A stretch of 64,000 nucleotides of DNA from an uncultured virus (IMG/VR IMGVR_UViG_3300030329_003992) (Duplodnaviria; Heunggongvirae; Uroviricota; Caudoviricetes): IMG/VR virus record IMGVR_UViG_3300030329_003992, one strand, 5' to 3'. Position 1 is the first letter of the stretch; each line of letters begins with the position of its first letter. Below are positions 1 through 9,362 of the stretch, one piece after another. The position numbers and the translations under genes are program-made. A model generated the notes under the pieces. The model saw nothing but the letters and a program-made list of their open reading frames with translations. It was not told where the DNA came from and ran no database searches.

Positions 1-996
1 GTGACTATCAATCCGAAAATGGAATCAAAGGAAATGAAAAGAAAGTCTTTAATCAATGAATTAAGACAGAAACATTTGCAAGAAAAGGCTCCACCAGGGA
101 GAGAAGATCAAGTTAAGTCTTTGAAAAGTAAAGTAGGAAAAGATGGTGCTTATGCAATTGCTTGGGCACAACATAATAAACATGGTAAACCGAGCAAAGA
201 AAAAGAAGAAGAAGTTGTTTCTAAAGAAGTTAGAAAAGTTGACTTTGTAGATGGTATTACAGAAGAATTAACAAATAAAGATGGTCATACTTTTGTTATT
301 AGTGATAGAGGTATTAAAGGTAAAAGTCAAGATAAAGTAAGAATGCATGTCCAAGATAAGAGTGGTAAGAAGATTAAAGATTGGGGATCTCATGTTTCAT
401 TAGACCAAGCTAGAAAGTTTGCTAAGTCCAGAGGATTTAATGAAATGTCTGGTGATATGGCATATCGTGCAATGGATAAAGCTGAGAAAAAAAGCAGGGG
501 TGAAATGTCAGTTAATGATCCTGAAAAAGCTAAAAGAAAAGCAAAACAAGCACAAAAATTTGCTGACTATTCTATAAAGAAAACACTTAATAAAGAAGAT
601 AAAGATCCTTGTTGGAAAGGTTATAAACAAGTAGGAATGAAAAAGAAAAATGGTAAAAAAGTTCCTAATTGTGTTCCAGAAGAACAAGTAAATGAAAAGT
701 ATGATGAAATGAAAAATGTAGTTCAATCAAGAATGTCACCATTGGAAATAGTAAAGGCATTGAAAGATAAGGTTGACTCTGTAGATCCTTCAGAAATGAG
801 AGGAAGTTCTTGGTCAGACTATGAACAAGGTCTTCAAGAGTTGGAGAAGATGGTACAACCAGGAAGAAATGCATTAATGTATAGAATAAGAGATTTAGAT
901 ACAGGAGACTCGGGGGAGATTGAGAATTTTGTATTTGTAATGGTAGATAAAATACCTAAATATAAGGAAATGGGCTATCAGGTAGTAGCTGATTAA
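1..996 (+). CDS. 5'-truncated, highly charged modular T4-like protein (possible head/internal protein)
   Basis: Frame open from the window edge; K/E-rich; contains DPCWKGYKQVGMKKKNGKKVPNCVPEE and AYAIAW modules I recall from T4-like phage proteins. Confidence 0.55.
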   Translation: MTINPKMESKEMKRKSLINELRQKHLQEKAPPGREDQVKSLKSKVGKDGAYAIAWAQHNKHGKPSKEKEEEVVSKEVRKVDFVDGITEELTNKDGHTFVISDRGIKGKSQDKVRMHVQDKSGKKIKDWGSHVSLDQARKFAKSRGFNEMSGDMAYRAMDKAEKKSRGEMSVNDPEKAKRKAKQAQKFADYSIKKTLNKEDKDPCWKGYKQVGMKKKNGKKVPNCVPEEQVNEKYDEMKNVVQSRMSPLEIVKALKDKVDSVDPSEMRGSSWSDYEQGLQELEKMVQPGRNALMYRIRDLDTGDSGEIENFVFVMVDKIPKYKEMGYQVVAD

Positions 997-1013
997 TTTA
1001 TAAAGGAGACAAA

Positions 1014-1175
1014 ATGGCTGAATCAGGAAAGAAAACTGAATCAAAAAAACCAGAAGCGCCAAAAGCGAAACCTGCTCCACCACCTCCTGCACCAAAAAAG
1101 GATGATGGAAAGTGGAAAGAGTTGGGATTTAGATCTCAGGCGGCTTATCAAAAATTTTTAGACAAAGGTTTATAA
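1014..1175 (+). CDS. Small Lys/Pro-rich protein, 53 aa (absent from the ORF track)
   Basis: AAGGAG at 1003-1008, ATG 1014, MAESGKKTESKKPEAPKAKPAPPPPAPKKDDGKWKELGFRSQAAYQKFLDKGL, TAA 1173-1175; fills the gap between neighbours. Confidence 0.8.
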   Translation: MAESGKKTESKKPEAPKAKPAPPPPAPKKDDGKWKELGFRSQAAYQKFLDKGL

Positions 1176-1184
1176 GGAGTACAT

Positions 1185-1427
1185 ATGGCTTTATGGGGAG
1201 CAGACGATAGCGCGGGTAGCAAACCAAAATGGTTAACCGCATCAGAAAAAACAGGTTGTTTAGGTGCCGATGCAACAGAAACGGCGGCATCAAGTAAAGT
1301 AAATCATCAAGGCTGGACAGTTGCTGCCGGTGGTAATGGTAATGCAAATGCAATGAGAGAAACATTGGTTTGTGTTAATATGACATCTGACGTCGGCGCT
1401 GGTGACGATTCTGATCTTGGTGCATAA
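1185..1427 (+). CDS. Small probable virion protein (MALWG N-terminus)
   Basis: AAGGAG RBS; MALWG start and HQGW/RETLV motifs resemble small T4-like structural proteins. Confidence 0.55.
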   Translation: MALWGADDSAGSKPKWLTASEKTGCLGADATETAASSKVNHQGWTVAAGGNGNANAMRETLVCVNMTSDVGAGDDSDLGA

Positions 1428-1453
1428 TTTTTTAATTTAGGAGATTTTAAATA

Positions 1454-1747
1454 ATGGCTGATAAAAAAATAACAGACTTGAATGCAGCAACTGCTGCAAG
1501 TATTGATGATTTAGTAATGATCGTCAATGATCCTACTGGTAATTCTCCTGCTAACCAAAAGATTACTGTTCAAAACTTCTTTAAACTTCCTACTGGAACT
1601 ACAGCTGAAGTTGGAGCTTGGACTAATCTAGCGGCAGGACAATTAGCTTGGATTAGTGATGGAAACGCTGGTGCAGCAACACTCGGTGTTTATGATGGAG
1701 CGGCATGGAAAGTTGTAACAATGGGAGCTACTGCGTCCGCAAGTTAA
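1454..1747 (+). CDS. Small probable virion/fibre-associated protein
   Basis: AGGAG RBS; MADKKITDL start and YDGAAW end typical of fibre adaptor-like proteins. Confidence 0.55.
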   Translation: MADKKITDLNAATAASIDDLVMIVNDPTGNSPANQKITVQNFFKLPTGTTAEVGAWTNLAAGQLAWISDGNAGAATLGVYDGAAWKVVTMGATASAS

Positions 1748-1777
1748 TATTATATTATTTTTATTTGAAAGGTTATT

Positions 1778-1978
1778 ATGAGTGTTGACAGTAAAGATTT
1801 GGCAATGGATGATGTATTTAAAAAGCGTGAAGAGTTGGTGAATACTAATAAAGTATTAGGAGAAAAATTCACCAACCTTCAACAAGAGTTAGTGAATACT
1901 GAAAAACAAATTCACATGGTTAATGGTGCACTTAATGTAATTGATCTATTAATCAATGATAATAAAGATGAGGAATGA
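1778..1978 (+). CDS. Hypothetical coiled-coil protein
   Basis: AAAGG RBS; heptad-like sequence; ATGA overlap with next gene. Confidence 0.6.
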   Translation: MSVDSKDLAMDDVFKKREELVNTNKVLGEKFTNLQQELVNTEKQIHMVNGALNVIDLLINDNKDEE

Positions 1979-2370
1979 GATTTGATAATCTCGAAGAAGA
2001 TAATATAAATCTTTATTGCATGAAACATTATGACAATCCTCAATGTAATACTGAAGTTGAGTATTATGAGGACTTGAAAAAAATTACTTATATTAAGAGA
2101 CTTTTTAATCATTATAGATTGACAGGTGAATTAAAAACTAGATTAATCTTAAATCATTTTATAGTTTTTACTAATGTTTTTCCAGTTGAGCATGCAGTTA
2201 GAATATTATTTTTTAAAATGAATTCTGAATATTATTCAATACTGAAAGGATTCTTAGTATACTTGTTTATGATGCCAAAGGTTGTGAAAGGTATAAGAGG
2301 AGAAAACATAATTTCATCTGATATTTTTATCGATGAAAATGTTATAGAACAATTAAGGAATCTAAAATGA
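1975..2370 (+). CDS. Conserved T4-like phage hypothetical protein
   Basis: KHYDNPQC, EDLKKITYIKRLF and LILNH motifs recalled from marine T4-like myoviruses. Confidence 0.7.
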   Translation: MRFDNLEEDNINLYCMKHYDNPQCNTEVEYYEDLKKITYIKRLFNHYRLTGELKTRLILNHFIVFTNVFPVEHAVRILFFKMNSEYYSILKGFLVYLFMMPKVVKGIRGENIISSDIFIDENVIEQLRNLK

Positions 2371-3047
2371 GTATCGTAGGATCAGGTGTAGATTATTATC
2401 TAGCATATCAATTTATTAAAAAATTATCCACACCATTCAAAGATACTGATGCTTACAAGTTAGGTATCATTGATGATAAGGGTAAGGTATTGAAGAAAAG
2501 AAGTCAACTGACTTCTAAAGAAAAAGAATCATACAAACTAATGGACACATTAGTTTTTAATTTAAAAAAATTTTTAGCAAAAGTTCCTGGTGGACAATCC
2601 AAGATAGGAACTCTTACTGCCGCATTGTTTCTACTAAAGGAAGATATTCTTAGACATTCTTCTCTTAATCAATTAGAAGAACAATATAAAGAATTTGTGA
2701 ACTCTCAAAAATGTTATGATCTTTTAAAAGAATATCAAGAACCAATAAATAATTTTTTAAAAGAATCTGGACCTGGTACAGTAGCAACAGGTCAAGCGGG
2801 GTTAGGTTCAAATCCCCCTGGTCCAAAGAAGTTTGCAGGAGCAAGAGTATTTAAAGTTCCTACATCTACTTTTTTAAAAGCAAGAATGGGTAAGAAAAAA
2901 TATGAACCATATCGAAAAATATTGGGTGAAATTGATAATGGCGAAGAAATAAGACAATACGGAAGAAAGTATTATAAAGAACCAATTATCTTAGAAGATG
3001 AAACTACAGGTGCTATGTGTTATTTGAGATATGGTAAGAAAGGATAA
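2367..3047 (+). CDS. Conserved T4-like phage hypothetical protein
   Basis: YQFIKKLSTPFKDTDAYKLGIIDDKG and LVFNLKK motifs; ATGA-coupled. Confidence 0.7.
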   Translation: MSIVGSGVDYYLAYQFIKKLSTPFKDTDAYKLGIIDDKGKVLKKRSQLTSKEKESYKLMDTLVFNLKKFLAKVPGGQSKIGTLTAALFLLKEDILRHSSLNQLEEQYKEFVNSQKCYDLLKEYQEPINNFLKESGPGTVATGQAGLGSNPPGPKKFAGARVFKVPTSTFLKARMGKKKYEPYRKILGEIDNGEEIRQYGRKYYKEPIILEDETTGAMCYLRYGKKG

Positions 3048-3049
3048 AA

Positions 3050-3481
3050 ATGTTACCTCTATTAGTACCTATGTTGACAAATGTTATTGGTGGTCTTGTT
3101 GCGGAAACTGCAACTGATCTTGCCAAAGAGCATGTTACTGACATGATTGAAAAAGTAATTCCACCTGAAGCAATGCAAATAGTGGATAAATTAGTTGAAG
3201 CAGATCCTAGTCAACCATGTTCTGGTATGGTTGATTTAATTTCAAGAATGGCTGATCCTGATGATTTAGATGTTCCTGTTCCACCAATGCCAAGTGCTGA
3301 TCAAATGTTGGGATGGTCTGAATCAATGGCTCCAGCGGCAGGACAAATAGTAGGAACTGCTATGGTGTCAGCGGCAGCGGCCATGAACACGTCAACATCA
3401 AATGAATTACATTTAACAATTAGACATGATAGTGAAACTGGTGCGTGGTCTTTTGAAGAACATGCCCATCCTCACTCATAA
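3050..3481 (+). CDS. Hypothetical protein with hydrophobic N-terminus
   Basis: AAGGA RBS; 143 aa ORF in operon. Confidence 0.6.
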   Translation: MLPLLVPMLTNVIGGLVAETATDLAKEHVTDMIEKVIPPEAMQIVDKLVEADPSQPCSGMVDLISRMADPDDLDVPVPPMPSADQMLGWSESMAPAAGQIVGTAMVSAAAAMNTSTSNELHLTIRHDSETGAWSFEEHAHPHS

Positions 3482-3492
3482 GGGAGATAGTT

Positions 3493-3825
3493 ATGGCAGG
3501 TATTCAAGAAACAAAAGAAGTACTTAAATTTATTTTTTCATTGTCGGAAGCAGTGAATAAATCCATGGAGGATGATGACTTTAGTTGGTCTGATGCGAGA
3601 TATTTTCTTGAACCACTAAAGGCATTGAAGCCCGCATTAAATGATATAGATCAAGTTATTCCAGAAGTAATGGATTTGGACGAATCTGAATTAGATGAAT
3701 TAGTTGCTTATGCAAAAGAAGAATTTGATTTGGATGATGATGCGGCAGAAGAAAAAGTAGAACGTGTTGTTGATTGCGGTGTAGAACTACTTAAACTTTT
3801 CACAGAGTTAAAAAAGCCAGAATAA
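3493..3825 (+). CDS. Acidic hypothetical protein
   Basis: GGGAG RBS; 110 aa, D/E-rich. Confidence 0.65.
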   Translation: MAGIQETKEVLKFIFSLSEAVNKSMEDDDFSWSDARYFLEPLKALKPALNDIDQVIPEVMDLDESELDELVAYAKEEFDLDDDAAEEKVERVVDCGVELLKLFTELKKPE

Positions 3826-3830
3826 ATAAC

Positions 3831-3859
3831 TTGACAATTTCCTCTTTGGGGTGTATACT
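3831..3859 (+). promoter_or_regulatory. Sigma70-type (early) promoter of the primase operon
   Basis: TTGACA 3831-3836, 17-bp spacer, TATACT 3854-3859, A-rich upstream. Confidence 0.85.
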
Positions 3860-3886
3860 TACAGTGTAACTTTTCAAAGAGGAAAT
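3837..3886 (+). promoter_or_regulatory. 12-bp inverted repeat able to sequester the primase RBS
   Basis: ATTTCCTCTTTG (3837-3848) is the exact reverse complement of CAAAGAGGAAAT (3875-3886), which contains GAGG just upstream of ATG 3889. Confidence 0.7.
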
Positions 3887-3888
3887 AT

Positions 3889-4887
3889 ATGAGTTTATTC
3901 ACTGATCAAAAGTATCTTAATATTCTATCTTCACAACTGCCTCTCTTTAAAAAGAAGGGAGATCATTTGTGGAACTTTCGTTGTCCCATCTGCGGTGACT
4001 CACGCAAAAACAAAACAAAAACTAGAGGGTATGTTTACAGAAAACAAAACAATCTATTTTTTAAGTGTCACAACTGCGGGGATGGAAGATCTGTATCCAA
4101 CTTAATTAAATTTTTAGATACAGATTTACATAAGCAATATGTTCTAGAAGTATACAAAGATTCACAAAATAGATTTACACAACCAAAAGAAAAACCTCAA
4201 TATAATTTTAGAAGACCCACTTTTAAGAAAAAGAAACAAGTAAAGTTACCTACCATAAAATCATTATCAGATGATCATTACGCTAAATCATATCTAGTTA
4301 AAAGAAAGATACCAGATAAGTTTCTTAGTTTAATTTATTATGCGGAAGACTTTTCTTCTTGGGTCAAACAATATGATGAAGAATATAAAGGTGACTCTGA
4401 TCCAAGAATATTAATTCCATTTTTTGATAAACATGGAAACTTAATTGCTGCTCAAGGTAGAGCTCTTAATAATACTAAATTAAGATATATCACTATAAAA
4501 ATTGAGAAGGATGCACAGAAATTATATGGACTTGATAGAGCAAATTTAAATAAAAAAGTTTATGTGGTTGAAGGTCCAATAGATTCTATGTTCTTGGATA
4601 ATTGCGTTGCCATGGCTGGATCAGATGTTTCTGATCTTTCATCCATAAAGGATAAGGTTATTATATATGATAATGAACCAAGAAACAGAGAGATAGTGAA
4701 AAAGATGGAAAAAACTATTGAAAATCAAACACCTATATGTATTTGGCCATCCGACTTGAAATTTAAGGATATTAATGATATAATAATATCAGGTGTTAGT
4801 AAAGATAGTATCAAAGATATTATAGATAGTAATACATATGTTGGTCCACCAGCAATCTTAAAGTTAAATTTTTGGAGAAAGATATGA
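3889..4887 (+). CDS. gp61: T4 gp61-type DNA primase
   Basis: Zn ribbon NFRCPICGDS...FKCHNC; QGRAL; TOPRIM VVEGPIDSMF, YDNEPRN, KDIND. Confidence 0.95.
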   Translation: MSLFTDQKYLNILSSQLPLFKKKGDHLWNFRCPICGDSRKNKTKTRGYVYRKQNNLFFKCHNCGDGRSVSNLIKFLDTDLHKQYVLEVYKDSQNRFTQPKEKPQYNFRRPTFKKKKQVKLPTIKSLSDDHYAKSYLVKRKIPDKFLSLIYYAEDFSSWVKQYDEEYKGDSDPRILIPFFDKHGNLIAAQGRALNNTKLRYITIKIEKDAQKLYGLDRANLNKKVYVVEGPIDSMFLDNCVAMAGSDVSDLSSIKDKVIIYDNEPRNREIVKKMEKTIENQTPICIWPSDLKFKDINDIIISGVSKDSIKDIIDSNTYVGPPAILKLNFWRKI

Positions 4888-5069
4888 AAAAATATCTAGT
4901 AGTTTTAGAATCACCAGAAGGTGAATTAGTAAGAGAAGTTCATGAAGCAAATGATATAACAGATGCTAAAGTAAAAGTCTTTGGAATACCTGTTGACTCT
5001 GATGGTAAACATGGAGACAAAACAAAGTATGTAGATCATACATTTTTGAGAGCGGTTGAACAATTATGA
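4884..5069 (+). CDS. Small hypothetical protein
   Basis: GGAG RBS at 4874-4877; ATGA overlap with the primase stop puts the start at 4884. Confidence 0.6.
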   Translation: MKKYLVVLESPEGELVREVHEANDITDAKVKVFGIPVDSDGKHGDKTKYVDHTFLRAVEQL

Positions 5070-5542
5070 ATATATTTTTCTTAGATAAAGATCCAATCAC
5101 TGCAGCACAATATCATTGTGATAAACATTGTGTTAAAATGATATTGGAATCTGCACAACTTCTATCTACTGCACATAGAATATTAGATGAAGATGATGCA
5201 CATCCTAACTTATATAAAGTAGCCCATAAGAATCATCCAAGTACAATTTGGACTAGATCTTCAGAGGATCACTATATATGGTTGTATGAATTGTTTAGAA
5301 ATTTATCTATTGAATTTAGTAATAGATATAGTAAAGTACATTTGTCATGGGAAAAGTTAGGTTTTATTCTTGACTCTTTACCAAAAAATATTAAAGATAA
5401 TGGATGGATAGACCCCCCTCAATGTATGCCTGATTACTGTAAAAAGTCTGATACTGTTGAAGCATACAGAACATATTACAAGTCAGAGAAAGCAAGTTTC
5501 TGTACTTGGAAAACACAACAACCCATATGGTGGAATGAATAG
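5066..5542 (+). CDS. Pyrimidine-dimer DNA glycosylase/endonuclease V-like family protein
   Basis: MNIFFLD...HCDKHCVKMILESAQLLSTAH, HKNHPSTIW, PPQCMPD, AYRTYY; family is commonly annotated DenV-like, activity not shown here. Confidence 0.7.
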   Translation: MNIFFLDKDPITAAQYHCDKHCVKMILESAQLLSTAHRILDEDDAHPNLYKVAHKNHPSTIWTRSSEDHYIWLYELFRNLSIEFSNRYSKVHLSWEKLGFILDSLPKNIKDNGWIDPPQCMPDYCKKSDTVEAYRTYYKSEKASFCTWKTQQPIWWNE

Positions 5543-6254
5543 TATAAATCATGAAGGAGTTAATTTTCATTTCTGTACTGGTGAAAGAAAACCCGCAAGA
5601 CAATTAGTTTTAGATTATCATTATTCTGGTAGATGTCATAACAATCCAGTTATGGTTGGAAGTCTACATTTAGATGGTGGACTGTTTGGTGATAAAGGTG
5701 AGATAGTTGCTGCATGTATATTTGGTTTGTCAAATAATAATACATGGGCAGTTAAAAAAGTAAATGTTATTGAGTTAGTTAGACTAGTAAGAAAAGAAGG
5801 TATTAAAGCACCCTTGAGTTGGCTCATATCAAAGACTATCAAAGCATTAAAGCAAAAGGGTGGTTATGATATCGCTATATCCTATGCTGATGCAACACAA
5901 GAACATCATGGAGGAATCTATCAAGCATGTTCATGGAACTATCATACATACAGAGAACCAGGTGAAGATGGTTTAATTATTGATGGGGAGTTTGTTCCAC
6001 GCAGAAGTGTTTCAACTAGATTTGGAACTTATTCAAAAGGTAAACTAAGTGAAATGTTTGATGAAGTTAGAGATGATCCTGGTATTCTTGCATTTGCTGG
6101 TGAAGTAGAAAAAGTTAAAAAAGTTGAATGGAAAGAACACATAGATAAAGGTAAGTACTTGTATTGGATTTCTTTAAATAAAAAAGGAAAACATATAGCA
6201 ACCAAAGAATTAAATTTTGAGATGAATCCTTATCCAAAACCTGAAAGGAAATAA
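5535..6254 (+). CDS. Mom-like (GNAT-fold) DNA modification protein
   Basis: HYSG, ELVRLV and ISYADATQEHHGGIYQACSWNY match the Mu Mom-family pattern SYAD..H.G.IYQA..W.Y; start placed at ATG 5535. Confidence 0.75.
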   Translation: MNSINHEGVNFHFCTGERKPARQLVLDYHYSGRCHNNPVMVGSLHLDGGLFGDKGEIVAACIFGLSNNNTWAVKKVNVIELVRLVRKEGIKAPLSWLISKTIKALKQKGGYDIAISYADATQEHHGGIYQACSWNYHTYREPGEDGLIIDGEFVPRRSVSTRFGTYSKGKLSEMFDEVRDDPGILAFAGEVEKVKKVEWKEHIDKGKYLYWISLNKKGKHIATKELNFEMNPYPKPERK

Positions 6255-6907
6255 TGAAACCTGGAGATGAAGCATTTACATATTTTAATGATCCAACATT
6301 TCCAATTGGAAAATATATAGATCCAGATGAAGTAAAAAATATTTTGGAATTGGGTGCTAGAGATGGGGAAGAATCTGTTAGATTAAGTCAATATTATAAT
6401 GCAAATGTGTATGCATTTGAGTGTAATCCAAATATTTTAGAATTATGTTCTAATACAATTGAAGGCCATGAGAATGTAGAACTTATAAAAAAAGCAGTTT
6501 GGCATGAGAATACTGAAATAACATTTCATCCAGTTATTAATGGAAACTATGGAGCTTCTTCATGTTTTAAATCTAATAATTCTTATCCATATGAATCTCC
6601 ATTTCAACAAACAGAAGTTAAAGTAGAAGCAATAAAATTAAGTGATTGGTTGGATGATAGAAATTTGTCAATAGATCTTTTGTGTGTAGACTTGCAAGGT
6701 GCAGAAAAAAATGCTTTACTTGGAATGGGAGAACATCTCAATGACGTAAAATATATAATAACAGAAGGACAAACAAAACCCATATATCATGAATCATCAA
6801 TGCTTAGTGAAATAACTGAAATATTAAATAATTATAATTTTATTTTAAAAGAATCGAAAATTGTAAATGAATACTTTGGAGATTTCTTTTTTATTAAGGA
6901 AATATGA
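6254..6907 (+). CDS. FkbM-family SAM methyltransferase
   Basis: ILELGARDG, VYAFECNP, IDLLCVDLQGAE, VKYIITE. Confidence 0.85.
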   Translation: MKPGDEAFTYFNDPTFPIGKYIDPDEVKNILELGARDGEESVRLSQYYNANVYAFECNPNILELCSNTIEGHENVELIKKAVWHENTEITFHPVINGNYGASSCFKSNNSYPYESPFQQTEVKVEAIKLSDWLDDRNLSIDLLCVDLQGAEKNALLGMGEHLNDVKYIITEGQTKPIYHESSMLSEITEILNNYNFILKESKIVNEYFGDFFFIKEI

Positions 6908-7887
6908 AACTTACTATTTTTCAAGAAAGATTACCACTTCCTGTTGAAGGATATGGTGGTACAGAAAGGGTATCCCAAGCACATTTTATTGGTCAATGTG
7001 AATTAAACGTTCATGAAGTTACTTTAGTCTGTAGAAGTGAGTCTACAATATCTCATCCAAATGGAAATGTAATTAAATTAGATGAAAATATATTACAAGA
7101 TCTTAGAAAAGGAAAAAGAAAAGTAAAAGATTATATTCCAGATGGTGATGTTATTCTAGTACAATTTCCTGAATCAACAGATCCAATGGATTTGACAGAT
7201 ACAAATTATACTAGGGTTTCTGTTTGTAATGGTGATGTTGGAGAAGCTTCAGGAAGTAAATATCAAGTGTTTGTTTCTCAAGGTCAAAAAGCAGCACATG
7301 AAATGATGAGATCTGACTATAGTGAAAATAAATTTGTAGTTCATAATGGTATATTACCAAATGATTTTGATCTTGTCAAAGAAAGAAAAGAAATAGTTTG
7401 GTTTAGTTCTTTGGATGGAAGAAAGGGACATCATTTAATTCCGTATATTTCTGAAACAGTTGGTGATATAAAAGTAGCAGGATCACATGGTCAGTTTCAT
7501 CATCCAAATGTTTATTGGTATGGAGAATTAAAAACAGAAAAAGAAAAGAGTGTGTTTTTATCTGATGCAGAAGTTTATATTCATACCGCACAAACACCAC
7601 ATTTCAATGAACCTTTTGGTTTAACATTAGTTGAAGCACAATTTTGTGGAGTACCAGTTGTATGTCTCAATTCAGGTGGAGTTTCAGAAGTTGTCTTTGA
7701 TACAGATTATGTTTTTACAAATGTCAATGATCTTATTAAATGTTTACAAGATAAACCATATTTGAAACATGAACCACAAGCAATTAGACGTTGGAGTATT
7801 TCTAAATTTAACCACACCGCTTTAGCTGAAAGATATAATAAAATATTTTATGAAGTTTTGATGAATGAAAATAAACATAATATATAG
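6904..7887 (+). CDS. Glycosyltransferase, GT4 (GT-B) family
   Basis: YGGTER, VVHNGI, RKG, EPFGLTLVEAQFCGVPVV (EX7E), GGVSEVV. Confidence 0.9.
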   Translation: MKLTIFQERLPLPVEGYGGTERVSQAHFIGQCELNVHEVTLVCRSESTISHPNGNVIKLDENILQDLRKGKRKVKDYIPDGDVILVQFPESTDPMDLTDTNYTRVSVCNGDVGEASGSKYQVFVSQGQKAAHEMMRSDYSENKFVVHNGILPNDFDLVKERKEIVWFSSLDGRKGHHLIPYISETVGDIKVAGSHGQFHHPNVYWYGELKTEKEKSVFLSDAEVYIHTAQTPHFNEPFGLTLVEAQFCGVPVVCLNSGGVSEVVFDTDYVFTNVNDLIKCLQDKPYLKHEPQAIRRWSISKFNHTALAERYNKIFYEVLMNENKHNI

Positions 7888-8581
7888 AACTTGTGATGTT
7901 GTAGAAGCAGTACACGGAACATCCCGCCCATTTGGTTTATCAAAAACAAATTTAATTAATGTTTGTTTTAAGTCATTAGTCAATTCACTACGAGATATTG
8001 AATTTGATATGACTATATTGGGTGATAGATTAACCAATGAAAGAATAGAATTTTTTCAACCATGGTGTCATAATTTATACAATGGTGAACTTGGTAATGG
8101 AAAATCCATCGCTGAATGTTTTACTTTAGCTTCCAAATTGCCTGATGATGAGTGGGTTTATTTTTGTGAAGATGATTATTTACATCAGAATTTTTCTTTA
8201 AAATGGATACTTGATTTTATTCAAAATTTTAATTATGAAAATCTTTTTATTCATCCCGTTGATTATCCAGACAGATATACAAGATTAGAAGATGTTAATA
8301 CTAGGTGGCATTTATTTAAAAGTAATCACTGTCATTGGAGACAGATATATAATACAACATATACTTTTTTATGTCAAGTGAAAACATTTAAAAAATTTTT
8401 TGATATCTTTATGAAGTCTGCACCTGATTGGAATGATGGATTGTTTTCAGAACAAGTTTATAAAAGAAATGATGTTCTTTGTTTAAGTCCCATACCTTCT
8501 TTGGCGTGTCATATGCATGAAGTATGTATGAGTCCTTTTGTTGATTGGAAAAAAATTATAATGGAGTTACAAAATGATTGA
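7865..8581 (+). CDS. GT-A-like glycosyltransferase
   Basis: WVYFCEDDYLH (DxD-like) and SPIPSLACH. Confidence 0.65.
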   Translation: MKINIIYRTCDVVEAVHGTSRPFGLSKTNLINVCFKSLVNSLRDIEFDMTILGDRLTNERIEFFQPWCHNLYNGELGNGKSIAECFTLASKLPDDEWVYFCEDDYLHQNFSLKWILDFIQNFNYENLFIHPVDYPDRYTRLEDVNTRWHLFKSNHCHWRQIYNTTYTFLCQVKTFKKFFDIFMKSAPDWNDGLFSEQVYKRNDVLCLSPIPSLACHMHEVCMSPFVDWKKIIMELQND

Positions 8582-9362
8582 AGAAAAAAAAGTACACCAA
8601 CATGGTTTTGTTAAATTACTTGAAGTCATGGGTGATGATGAAGAAGTGGTTAATGCAGCAAGAATAAGTTATGGTAAAGGAACTAAAAAGTTTTCTGAAA
8701 CTAGAAACTTAATTAGGTATCTGATGAGACACAAACATACATCACCTTTTGAAATGTGTGAAGTAAAGTTTCATTTAAAATTACCAATCTTTATAATGCG
8801 TCAGTTAGTTAGACATAGAACTGCAAATATAAATGAATACTCTGGCAGGTATTCTGAAATGTCAGATGAATTTTATATACCAGAAAATGAGTACATTCAA
8901 AAACAATCCAAGACAAACAATCAAGGTAGAGGTGATGAATCAGAAGAAAAAGGATTAGTAAAATTTGAAATGAATAGATCTGCAGATGGTGCTTATCACG
9001 CTTATCAACATATGTTAAATTATGATATTGCAAGAGAGTTGGCAAGAACAGTACTACCAGTTTCTAACTATACTGAATGTATTTGGAAAATAGATTTACA
9101 TAACTTTTTTCATATGGTTCATCTAAGATCTGATTCACATGCTCAAATAGAAATTCAAGATTATTCTAATGCAATGTATAGTTTAGTTGAACCTCACTTT
9201 CCAATTTGTTGTGAAGCGTTTGAAGATTATGTTGTTAATGCAAGATCATTTAGTGCAGAAGAAATGAGAATAATTAAAGATCAATTAGATGGAAGTTGGG
9301 TAATGGATAAGTATAATTTGTCTAAAAGAGAACGTGAAGAATTCTTATGGAAACTGAAGTAA
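8574..9362 (+). CDS. thyX: Flavin-dependent thymidylate synthase ThyX
   Basis: AARISY, HTSPFEM, RQLVRHRTANINEYSGRY (ThyX motif), ELARTVLP, LRSDSHAQIEI. Confidence 0.97.
   Translation: MIEEKKVHQHGFVKLLEVMGDDEEVVNAARISYGKGTKKFSETRNLIRYLMRHKHTSPFEMCEVKFHLKLPIFIMRQLVRHRTANINEYSGRYSEMSDEFYIPENEYIQKQSKTNNQGRGDESEEKGLVKFEMNRSADGAYHAYQHMLNYDIARELARTVLPVSNYTECIWKIDLHNFFHMVHLRSDSHAQIEIQDYSNAMYSLVEPHFPICCEAFEDYVVNARSFSAEEMRIIKDQLDGSWVMDKYNLSKREREEFLWKLK

Noticed and set aside
1785..1813. TTGACA at 1785 (also 52673 and 63121) as promoters
   Set aside because: No acceptable -10 hexamer at 17-bp spacing
3050..3825. Holin/lysis cassette
   Set aside because: No convincing transmembrane pattern in these acidic proteins and no endolysin nearby
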